Positions 27,036 to 40,360 of a stretch of 64,000 nucleotides of DNA are shown here, in pieces. This DNA comes from the human T2T-CHM13v2.0 reference genome, Homo sapiens: the NCBI RefSeq assembly GCF_009914755.1, contig NC_060926.1; one strand, given 5' to 3'. Position 1 is the first letter of the stretch. Each line of letters begins with the position of its first letter. The notes below the pieces were generated by a model, which saw nothing but the letters and a program-made list of their open reading frames with translations, did not search any database and was not told the origin of the DNA. Both the position numbers and the translations under genes were made by a program.

Positions 27036-27560
27036 TCAGACATGGAGAGCAAGGCAGGAAGGAGTGATTCTTGAGAGGGGAGGAGATGGCACAGCCCAGG
27101 CCCTGGAGGACGATGAGGAAGTGCTGGGGCGGGGAGGGAGCGGGAAGGACACAGAAAGGGGTAGGGGAAAGGAAACTGCCTTTGTAATTCTTCCAGCCTC
27201 CAGGAAAAAGGAGCATGTCATCTTGTCTCAAGCTGGAATTGGACTGGATTCTGCAAATGGCTCCCATGTCTGGTAGGTGCTCAAGACTGGTGCAGCTAAA
27301 CCCAGGACAAGTTAAGGCTGCCAAGTTACTGGAAAATGAGAGGGACCACAGGGACTACATGCCAAGGCCAATGTCCTTGAGAGGGTTCTTTTTGTTCCAA
27401 AAGAATAAAGGAAAAGGACCGAGGTTCTGCCAGTCCTTTGGGGATATGTGTGGTCCTTGCAGAGCCAGCACCATCCCAAGAGACCCTGAACACTTGGTGA
27501 AATGTCTGTTCTGACCACTTACAGTTGAGATGTAGCTAGTCTTTAAAAAAAAAAAAAAAA

Positions 27561-27855
<295 letters not shown>

Positions 27856-27945
27856 GCTGAGCTTTTTGAAAAATATTCCTATTGTGGTTCCAATTTTGCT
27901 TTTCCTTAAGGAGAAGGACATGCAATACAATGTACTGATAGAACA

Positions 27946-27999
27946 CAAGCCGCCGTGCTCCTTCAAGCCGCCGTGCTCCTTCAAGCCACAGTGCTCCTT
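27946..27999. repeat. 18-bp tandem repeat x3 (CAAGCCGCCGTGCTCCTT)
   Basis: Two identical copies plus one with 2 substitutions. Confidence 0.9.
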
Positions 28000-28539
28000 C
28001 CAATGGATTGAGCTCCAGAGGGCTCTAAATTCATAATCAGCAACTCTTTACCCTCCAATCTGATGAGGAAAGTTGGAGATAGATGATAACAAGAGATCTC
28101 TGTCCTCTAACGCCCCTCTCTCTTTGTTTCCTAAGTTCATCTCTCACATTCCCTACATTTGTTCTCTGGCACCACCTGCCTCGGTTTCACACCTCATCTC
28201 CTCTACTGGCCACCTTCTGTCCACCTTACAATCCTGGGACCCAGCAGCCAGCACCATCTCCCTCCTGTATGCATCTGCTCTCCATAGCAACAATTAGCTC
28301 TTTGTTATATGAATAGATTATCCTATTCCCTGTCTGTGCTGGCCGGTGTAGCACACTGTCCTATCTAGCTAATTATATGCATAGTTACATCAAGGTAGGA
28401 TAGCATACCATCTTGTCCCATGGTTATAACATGTGCATGTGTGTGTTACCTAGCCAGCTTGTTTAAGAGTTCTTCCAGGGCTATACTTTGTAAGAGCTAG
28501 TGCAAATGTGAAAAACATAATTAAAATAATAGCTGCAAT

Positions 28540-29100
28540 AGCTGGACAAATAAACTGTGGCACATCCAGTAAATGAAATAGTATTCAGCCCTGAAAAGAA
28601 TCTATCAAGCCATGAAAAGACATTTAGGAACCTAAATCCATATTAGTAAGTGAAAAAAGCCAATCTGAAAAGACCACATATGGTACAATTCCAACTATAT
28701 GACATTCTGGAAAAGACAAAACTATGGAGACAGTAAAAAGATTGTTGGTTGTCAGGGGCAAGGCGGAAGGGAGGGATGAATAGGTGAAGCACAGAGGATT
28801 TTTAGGGCAGTGAAAACATTCTGTAGGATCCTAGAATGGCAGATACATGTCATGCTACATTTCCTCAAACCTATCGAATGTGAAACACAAGAGTGAACCC
28901 TCAAGTAACCTATGGACTTTGGGTGATAATGATGTCTCATTGTTACCTCATCTAATGCAGCAAATGCACCACTCTGGTGGTAGATATTGATAATGGTGGA
29001 GCTGTACACATGGGCGGGCACTGGGTAGATGGGAAATCTCTGTACCTTCTGCTCAGCTTTGCTGTGAATCTAAAACTGCTTTAAAAATAAAGTTTATTCA
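28540..29100 (+). mobile_element. L1MC-type 3' end
   Basis: 'aataaactgtggcacatcca...aagccaatctgaaaag...gacattctggaaaagacaaaactatggagacagtaaaaag...aaataaagtttatt'. Confidence 0.8.
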
Positions 29101-29113
29101 AAACTGTATAATT

Positions 29114-29409
<296 letters not shown>

Positions 29410-29419
29410 TGTATAATTA

Positions 29420-29600
29420 TAAAATGGCTAACATATATTGAGGACTTCCCCATGCCCTCATATAAAGCACTCTATATGTTATCTCTTTCGGTCCTTAAAA
29501 CAACTCTCTGAAGTGTATACCATTATTAACGCTGCTTTATATATATGGAAAATAGGGCCCAGAGAGGTTTAGAAACTTGTTCAAGGTCACACAGAAAGGA
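29420..29600 (-). mobile_element. MIR
   Basis: 'ggaaaataggggcccagagaggtttagaaacttgttcaaggtcacac'. Confidence 0.65.
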
Positions 29601-29626
29601 CTGGCTCCATAAGCTAGAGAATGTGG

Positions 29627-29667
<41 letters not shown>

Positions 29668-30037
29668 AAAAGCATCTGAGCTAGCATTGAGCACTGAGTT
29701 TTCAGCAGATCCTGGAGGCGTCTGCCTCTGCTCTGCATAGATGATGAGCAGCTGATTGTGCTGTCTCCATGTGGATGCAGATGAAGTTTGTTACAGAAAA
29801 CTGAAAGTACCTCTCCTTGCCATTGGTAAGCAAACAGTGAGTCACTGACTGGAGCTTGATGGAAATAAGATCACCAGGCACTTGTATATAAACAAGTGTG
29901 CTTCTCTCGCCATGACAATGATTCATTTTGAGCAGAGAGCTAGAATTTCTATTCCCACGAGGCCTAACCTGTATTTTTGTGTGCAGTCTGCTTCTGCCCT
30001 GTTGTTTAGGATAAGCAGCCTCTTAGGTGGTTTAGCC

Positions 30038-30570
30038 CAGCGGTCCCCAGCCTTTTTGGCACCAGGGACCAGTTTGGTGGAAGACAATTTTTCCATGGAC
30101 AAGGGGGTGGGGGGTGACAGTTTCAGGATTATTCAAGCACATTACATTTATTGTGCACTTTATTTCTATTACTGTTACATTGTAATATATAATGAAATAA
30201 TGATACAAATCACCATAATGTAGAATCAGTGGGAGCCCTGAGCTTGTTTTCCTGCAACTAGACGGTCCCATCTGGGGGTGATGGGAGACAGTGACAGATC
30301 ATCAGGCATTAGATTCTCATACAGAGCATGCAACCTAGATCTCTTGTGTGGGTAGTTCACGATAGGGTTCTCGCTCCTATGAGAATCTAATGTTGCCGAT
30401 CTGATAGGAGGTGGAGCTCAGGTGGTAAAGCCAGCCATGGGGAGTGGCCGTAAATACAGATGAAGCTTCGCTTACTCGCCAGCAGCTCACCTCCTGCTGT
30501 GCAGCCTGGTTCCTAACAGGCCACAGACCAGTACTGGTACTAGTGTGTGGTACAGGGGTGGGGACCCCTG
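30038..30570 (+). mobile_element. MER1A hAT-Charlie MITE, complete
   Basis: TIRs CAGCGGTCCCC / GGGGACCCCTG; 8-bp TSD GTTTAGCC / GTTTAGTC. Confidence 0.9.
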
Positions 30571-30939
30571 GTTTAGTCAACTCCTGATTATTCCTGAAAG
30601 GTGTTTTATGTGGTACATTGGATTTTCTTTTGAGTTTTTCTGGAAAGTTCTTTCCCAGTTTTTTAGTTGTTAAAATGCACTCTGTAAAGTTTGTTATCCT
30701 CATTCCCTCTTTTGATTTCAGTTGAACATAAGCTGTGTAGCCAGTCTCAGGCTGGAGAAGGGTGTGACCAGGCATGTTGAGGGGAGTTTCAGAGGCCTCC
30801 TGGTCCAGCCTCACAGGATGGGGGAACTTTGGTGCCTGTCTGGTGTGAGTGCCTCACTTGTCGATGAGGGCCCCAGGGAGGTTTTCTGACCTGCATAGGC
30901 CTCCTCAGTCAGGGACAGACAGGTTTAAAACTCAAGGTT

Positions 30940-31267
<328 letters not shown>

Positions 31268-32817
31268 CTATGCTCTTTCTCTCCAATTGTCCTCTGAATC
31301 TATCCTGTCTTCTCTCACTGTACCACGTGAGTTTAAATTCTGAGCCTTTCAACTACACCTGGGCAGGTCTGCAGGTCCGGCCCAGTGCCTAACCCTCCCC
31401 GTCTTATCTCACGGCCTGCCCCACCTGCCTGGCTTACGAGCGCAGATGTTTTCAAACTGCTAGGTGCTGAGAAGTGAGTTCTCACCAACTACTAGGTCAG
31501 CTCCCAGAAAGGAAGCCTAGTTCTTTATGGACAAATGAAATTGAGCCCTGGAAAGGGCCTTAGCTGGCCGTCCAGTATATTTGCTCCTGGTCTTCCTCGC
31601 CACCACAAACCCCAGGAGAGGGAAATTTATTCCAGCTAAGGGAAAAAAAAATTCCCATAAAGTATCTGCCCTAAAATACATGTCTTAAATAGTGACACTG
31701 AGTTGCTTGAAAGATCTTTGTTTCATTTAAATGATAAAGCCGCATGGGCAAGCCAGCCAGCTGAGGCTGCGTGCTGGGCCTGTGGCAGCTCCGGAAGCCA
31801 CAGCAGGACCAATGGAGATGCCTCTCTGAACTGAGTATCAGCTAAGCAGAGACAGGGGTTGCCTGGTAGAGAGGGCTATTAGCGATTCCTGCTTCCCAGG
31901 AGTGGTTTGGTCTTAGACGCACCTAAAGGAAATTTTCACTCCCTGAGCTCTCCCTTAGAGCAGGATGGAAGCAGCTGCCCTTCCACTCCAGGGCTGGATT
32001 CCACTGCTTCTCTCCTTCCTCCCCTGACTCTTTTCCTAACCCCTCCAGTGTGGGTGTCCCCACTGGTCCTATTTTAGTTTAAATCTCTCCATGGCAGGAA
32101 CATACATTCTCAAAAGTCCCGTCTACCTGCAGCCCTGCTTCTTGTGGCTAAAAGTTTGCAATTTGACTGCTGTGGCCTAGCCACCACCCTTCTATGGCCA
32201 TCAATATGGGTACCTCCCTTGACTCTGCTACCTCCTACTCTTTTTTCCAGGTTTCAGCTCTTTGGAGATGCAGGTAATAGGACTAGGTGTTGAAGGAGGC
32301 CTCATGGCCCGTTAAATAAGGCACCACAATTTCATGGCTAATATCTACTCTGAGCTACCTCTAAACACCATTTGTATTAAAAGGGCTGGAGGTGTGGAAT
32401 TTAGAATTACATCCCAACGGTGACTTGAGGATTATGATTGTGATTGTAGCACTTCAGAGATGTGTGTACTACAGATGGGTGCTCATTTTCTATCCTGAGC
32501 ATGGTAAGGAGTGTATGTGTTTGTGGTACCCATGGTTGGGGTAGTGGGTAAGTGTATAGGGATGAAAGATGAGTGCCACAGCCTCCTGGGAAATGGATTT
32601 CTGCAACTCAGAGCATGTTCCATGCTGGAACCTGAGACTTTGGTCTGCCAGAAAGTTACAATGGCCTAAGGCCTGGAAAGATAAGATATCACATTGAATA
32701 TGCTCCTGGGGCAGCCAATTGCATGGAAGCAGATGTGGTTTCTGTAGATAAATGAAACCAGATCCTGACAAGATGACCTCTATAAGATAATCTGAGAAGT
32801 AAAATGAACCAGTTTAA

Positions 32818-33180
<363 letters not shown>

Positions 33181-33451
33181 TGAAACATTTTTTTTAAGTC
33201 AAGTTTTAAGGAGGTACTCCCATCATCCAAAATATAACCTACCAAAAACAAGACTCCAGGGTTTAAGTTGGAAGAATATCCATGCAATAATAGAAAGCCA
33301 CAGGTAAATGAGAAGGTATTTTGTTTATAACTATTTGCTTCATTGTTATTGTTTGTTTGTTTGTTTTTGGAATGTGTATTTGTAGTGATTCTTCTTGATT
33401 TCCAAATGGAAAGTCTATAAATACCAGATCTGTTCTTAGTAATCAATATCA

Positions 33452-33857
<406 letters not shown>

Positions 33858-33881
33858 CTAACCGGCTCATGAGAAAGTCAT

Positions 33882-33891
33882 ATGACGTCAT
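33882..33891. promoter_or_regulatory. Full palindromic CRE motif (ATGACGTCAT)
   Basis: Exact match to the CREB/ATF consensus; function not shown by sequence. Confidence 0.35.
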
Positions 33892-35218
33892 GATCACAGG
33901 CTGTAGATGGAATTTTCAAGATGTATCCTTTTGTGCAAATCTTAGTGTTTAGAGAAAGCCTTTGTGATTATATGATCAAAGAAGAGTCTCTTTGCTTTCA
34001 TTATGACTGAAAAGAGAATTTTGACATAAAAATTTCCATTGCAGTCTAGCAGGGTCCTATGTGGGTCAGGGGAAGGGAAGGAATTCATCTCAGCCTAACT
34101 TGAGCTCAGTCTAATGAGCTTCTCTGACTTAATAAAACAACCTTTGTTCTAAAGCTATACTGAATTTTAGCTAAATATTTGGTAAATAATTTTTTCTATA
34201 GCATGTCTTATTCATTCTTTGAAAATTTTTGAAAGTTCTTTAAAATCAATTAAATATAGGTTTTTGGTGTAAGCATAAAATTAAATATTTGAAAACAAGT
34301 ATAACTTATAAAATAAGCAAAGTAATTGTTTTCATAAATTTCTTGCCACATTTTCCTTGAAAGGCACTTAAAAAAGAAATGCTGTGTTTTAATCTAACAA
34401 AGGAATATAGAATGCATTTTAATAAAATAAATCTCTATGATCCATAATTTAATATATTTTTAAAAGGCAACTTCTCAAATCTACATGCATTTCATACTAG
34501 TAAAATATCATAATGACATGGATATTCCAATACTTTTTCCTTCTCATTTTAAAAAAATTACCTTAACTTTATAATTAAAATTCCAAGGAGGCAAAAACCA
34601 TGTAATTACAGATCATTGCCAGAGAAAGAATGACTTGCACTTTTAAGGACAAAAACAATTTGAGTGAATCAATGTATTGCATAACAATTGTATTCTACTT
34701 TCACATTTTTCCATAATATCATGCAAATAGAGATGGATGGTAAGTACTAGTGTATCTGTTGGGTCTGAAGAGGAGAGAAAACCAAAGTCCACATCCTCTG
34801 ATATTACTTGTTAAGGAGACTTTTGTATTTTCAAAAAAAGATTGGAAAATTATCTTGTATTGGATGGCATCTAATGACATTGTCTTCAATCTCTTCATTC
34901 CTAGACATGGAGTTGCAAATGTTCTTGAGTGGGATGGGAAAAAACAGTGATCAACCAGGCCTTGCCTATGTGTGTCTTCACTGTTGCCTGTGTTATGGTA
35001 TAGGTATGTAGGTACATTGCGAGTTTTGTACCTTCAGCCCCAGCCAATGTAGAGGCCAGGGAGAAGCTACTGACGGAGCTGCTTCAAGAAAGATCCCAAG
35101 TCTACGCAAATCCATTGAACTCATCCAACTTCTTTTACTGTAGAAGGTAGGTGACCCAGCAGTGACACTGCATGGGATGTAGCCAACTGTGAGCAGAAGT
35201 CCAGTAGGAGACAGAAGA

Positions 35219-35769
35219 CCTCCTCTCTTTCTTTCTTTCTTTTCTTTCTTTCTTTCTCTCTTTCTTTCTTTCTCTCTTTCTTTCTCTCCTTCTTTCTTTC
35301 TTTCTCTCTCTCCCTTTCTTTCTTTCCTTCTTTCTTTTTTTCTTTCTTTCTTTTTCTTTCTTTTTCTTTCTCTCTTTCTTTCTCTCCTTCTTTCTTTCTT
35401 TCTCTCTCTCCCTTTCTTTCTTTCCTTCTTTCTTTCTTTTTTCTTTCTTTCTTTCTTTTTCTTTCTTTTTCTTTCTCTCTTTCTTTCTCTCCTTCTTTCT
35501 TTCTTTCTCTCTCTCCCTTTCTTTCTTTCCTTCTTTCTTTCTTTTTTCTTTCTTTCTTTCTTTTTCTTTCTTTTTCTTTCTCTTTCTTTCTCTCCTTCTT
35601 TCTTTCTTTCTTTCTCTCTCTCCCTTTCTTTCTTTCCTTCTTTCTTTCTTTTTTCTTTCTTTTTCTTTCATTTTCTTTCTCTCTTTCTTTCTCTCCTTCT
35701 TTCTTTCTTTCTCTCTCTCCCTTTCTTTCTTTCCTTCTTTCTTTCTTTCTTTCTTTCTTTTTTTTTTTT
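35219..35769. repeat. ~550-bp polypyrimidine (TTTC/TC) tract, expanded Alu tail
   Basis: Only one purine (A at 35670); ~100-bp higher-order units. Confidence 0.95.
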
Positions 35770-36210
<441 letters not shown>

Positions 36211-36619
36211 AATTTAAAATAACTGCCATCCAAAATTATACAACGAATAAAGTAGACCTAGTTGCAGACCAGTCTCTGACTGAGCAATAATTTCCAAGCA
36301 TTAACGTATATCTATGTTAAACTTGTTAAACATTAATTTTCCTAACCTAAAGTGAAAGTTGGAAGTCTAGGAGTTAATGCAAAGATGCATAAGTTGTACA
36401 AGGAAAGCTAATGGGGTAAGCCATACATCAAAGACATTAGGATTGGGGGTACCACATCTCATATTTTTTAGATAGACTATGTGTTTTCATGGTACAATAC
36501 ATTGCGGCCTTTTAGTTAAAGGGAAAATAGGGTTGTTGTTTTTTTTCTTATTATTTCAAGTGTCTGTTTTTTTCAGTAACCACTGTCTTCAACAAAGAAT
36601 TTCTGTTTTTAAAAAGTGC

Positions 36620-39185
36620 ATCTTTAAAAGGATTATACACCATGACCAAGTGGGATTTATTCCTGGAATGCAAATATGGTTCAACATATAAAAATCAATC
36701 AGTGTAATAAATCCAATTAACAGAATTAAGGAAAACCCCACATAATCACCTCAATTGATACAGAAAAAGCATTTGACAAAAGTCAACACCCTTTCATGAC
36801 ACAAAGAATCAACAAACTAGGAATAGAAAGACTACTTCAACATAATAAAAGTCATATCTGAAAAGCCCACAGCTAACATCATACTCAATGGTGAAAGACT
36901 GAGAGCTTTTTCTCTAAGATCAGGAATAAGACAAGGATGTTCACTCCTGCCACTTTTATTCAATATAGTACTCAGTCCTAGAGAGAGAAATTAAGCCAGA
37001 AAAAAGAAATAAAAGGTATCAAAAATGGAAAGGAAAAAATAAAATTATGTCTTTTTCAGACAACATAATCTTATATGAAGAAAACCCTAAAGATCACACA
37101 CACACACAAACTGGTAGAACTAATAAAATGAATTCAGCAAAGTTGCAGGACACAAAATCAACATGCAAAAATTAGTTGCATTCCTATACACTAATAATAA
37201 ATAATTTGAAGAGAAAATTTTAAAAATTCCATTTATAATAGCACCAAATAGAATAAAATACTAAGAATAAACAACCAAAAATAGAAAACGCTTGCACACT
37301 GAAAACTACAAAACATTGTTTAAAAAAAAGGTAAAGAAAGCAAAAGTAATTGGAAAGACAGCTCATGTTCATGTATTGGAAGATTTAACATTGTTAAGAT
37401 GTTAATACTGCCCAAAGTGAAAAATGAAGTGCAATACCTGTCCAAATCCTAATACCATTTTTTCAGAAATAGAAAAATCCATCCTAAGATTCATATGGAA
37501 TCTCAAGGGACTCTAAGTAGTCGAAACAATCTTGGGAAAGAAAAATAAAGTTAGAGGTCTCACCCTTTCTGTTTTCAAAACTAATTATAAAGCTAGAATA
37601 ATCAAAGCAGTGCAGTACTAGCATAAAGACAGACATGTGGACCAATTGAATAGAATAGAGAGCCCAGAAGTAAACCCTGATGTACATGACCAAATGATTC
37701 TTGACAAGGGTGCCAAAACCATTCAATAGGTAAAGGACATTATTTTCAACAAATAGTGCAGGAAAAATGGAATATCCACATACAGAAAAATGAAGCTGAA
37801 CCCTTACTCCACACCATATACAAATTAACTCAAAATGGATTAAATACCTAAATGTAACAACTACAACTATAAAACTCTTAGAAGCCCACATAGGGGGAAA
37901 ACTTCACAACATTGGATTTGGCAACAACTTCTTCGATATGACACCAAAAGCACAAGCAATAACAAAAAAAAGATAGATGAAATGCACTACATCAAAATTT
38001 AAAACATTTGTACATTTAAAGAACACAATGAATAGAGTGTAAAGGCAGACTACAGAATGGAAGAAAAATATTTGAAAACCAGATGTCTGTTAAGGGCTTA
38101 AGTATTAGTCCATTTTCACACTGCTGTAAAGAACTGCCCAAGACTGGGTAATTTATAAAGAAAGGAGGTTTAATTGACTTAACAGTTCTGCATGGTTGGG
38201 GAGGCCTCAGGAAACCTACAATCATGGCGGAAGGGGAAGCAAGTGCATCCTACATAGTGGCATGCAACACAGCGTGTGAAGGAGGAACTGTCAAACACTT
38301 ATAAAACCATCAGATCTCATGAGAACTCACTCAGTATCATGAGAACAGCACGGAAGAAACCACCGCTATGATCCAATCACCTCCCCCCACCAGGTCACTC
38401 CCTCAACATATAGGGATTATGAGGATTACAATTCAAGATGAGATTTGAGTGGGGACACTAAGCCAAACCGTACCAGCTTAATGCCCAGAATATACAAAGA
38501 ACTCCTATAACTCAACATCGTCATCAACAACAAAAAATAACCCAATTTTAAAAATTGGCAAAGTACTTGAAGAGACATTTCTCCAAAGAAATTATACAAA
38601 TAAACAATACACATATGAAAAGATGTTCATCATCACTAATCATTAGGGAAACGTAAATCAAAGCCAAAATCAGATTTACTTCCACCCATTTGGATGGCTA
38701 CTATCAAAAAAACAGAAAACAAGTGTTGGCAAGAATGTGGAGAAATTGCAATCCTTGTACGCTGTTGGAATTATAAGATGATGTAGCCGCTATGGAAAAC
38801 AGTATGGAGATTCTTCAAAAAATTAAAAATAGAATTACCATATGATCCAGCAATTCCACTTCTGCATATATGTCCACAAAAATTGGAAGCAGAGACTTGA
38901 GAAGATATTGGCACATTCATGTTCATAGCAGCATTATTCACGTAGCCAAAATAGAAGCAACCCAAGTGTCCATGAAGAGATCAATGGAAGAGCAAAATGT
39001 GGTATAACAGACAACGGAATATTATTAAGGTGTAAAAGGAAAGGAAATCCTGTTACATGCTGTAACATCAGTGAACCTTTAGGAAATTATTCTAAGGGAA
39101 ATAATCCAGTCAGAGAATGACCAATAGGACATATAATTCCACTTATATGAGGTACCCAGAGTAGTCAAATTCACAGAGATGAATG
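36620..39185 (+). mobile_element. L1M (L1MA/MB-type) ORF2 RT region to 3'UTR, decayed
   Basis: 'catgaccaagtgggatttattcctggaatgcaa' ([11 protein letters not shown]), 'gaaaaagcatttgacaaa' (EKAFDK); many stops and frameshifts. Confidence 0.9.
38101..38475 (-). mobile_element. MSTA-like MaLR solo LTR inserted in L1
   Basis: 5-bp TSD GCTTA (38096-38100, 38476-38480); typical MST sequence. Confidence 0.9.
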
Positions 39186-40319
39186 TAGATTTTAGAAGGC
39201 ACATTTTAATTTTAACAGTATTTAACAGCACTGAAAAAATACTATTAACATATCAATCACATAATTCCACTGATAGCTTAGTTCAGCAAGCATCATAAAT
39301 ATGCAAAAATTACTGTAGAAACACTGACCAGAGACACCAGAACCAAGGAAACTTTGATGCTTGGAACAGTTTTGGGAACTATGGTAGGCTTGGTTGGGGG
39401 CCGCCGCACAGGGTTTAGAGAGTTGTGTGGGTACTGAGCAGGAATGTAGGGGCCAGCAGGAAGGAATGTTTCCAAAGACAATTTCACGCCCCTCATTCCT
39501 CCCTACTTCTGTGGAGTTGCGCTTCCCAACATTCAGACTCCCAGCTAAGTCGTTCTCTAATTCAGCGAAATCATATGTTCAATAGAATTGGTGTTTCATT
39601 CACCACATCCCCTTGTTATAAATCCTAGACTATGATGACAGAAAGTAAATCGATGGTTGCCAACTCACAGAGCTTGTGTTGTTGTTGTAGAATGTCATTT
39701 GGATGGAAATGTGAAGGTTATACACTCTCATGTCTTGCTCCTTTTGTTCAGCATCATTATTTTGAGAGTCATCGTTGTTATTGCATGAATCACTAATTCA
39801 TTCCTCAATATTGCTGAGTGTGAGTGCACAACAGCTTGCTTGTCCATTCGTCATCACTTGACGAATATTTGAGTTATTAGGTTTTAGATATTGTGAATAA
39901 ATCTGTTGTAAACATTTTTGTACAAGTCCTTCATGGAAATTGGTTTTCATTTTTTTTTAGGCACATACCTAGGAGTTGACTTACTGAGTCATGCTGGAGG
40001 TGTTTTACCTTACCAGTAACCGTCATAAACTCTTCCAAAGTGGCTGTACCACTTTGCACTGCCACCAACAAAATATGAGAGTTATGTTGCTCCATTTCCT
40101 CACCAATATTTGTGTTGTTGTTCCTTTCAATTTTAGCCATTGTAGTGGATATGAAGTGGTGGATTTTTAAACTTACATTTCACCTTTCCATGGACTTCCT
40201 GTCCATTCATGCATCTTCTTTGGTGAAGTATCTGTTCAAATCTTTTGCTCATTTTTTTAATTGTTAGTCTTTTTTAAAAAAATTGATTTGGAGGAGTTCT
40301 TTACATATAAATCCTTTGT

Positions 40320-40322
<3 letters not shown>

Positions 40323-40359
<37 letters not shown>
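40323..40359. repeat. (TA)n microsatellite
   Basis: Directly visible. Confidence 0.95.

Positions 40360-40360
<1 letters not shown>

Noticed and set aside
29627-29662. Long poly(T) as a retrocopy tail
   Set aside because: No recognisable retroelement body or TSD adjacent; treated as a simple repeat
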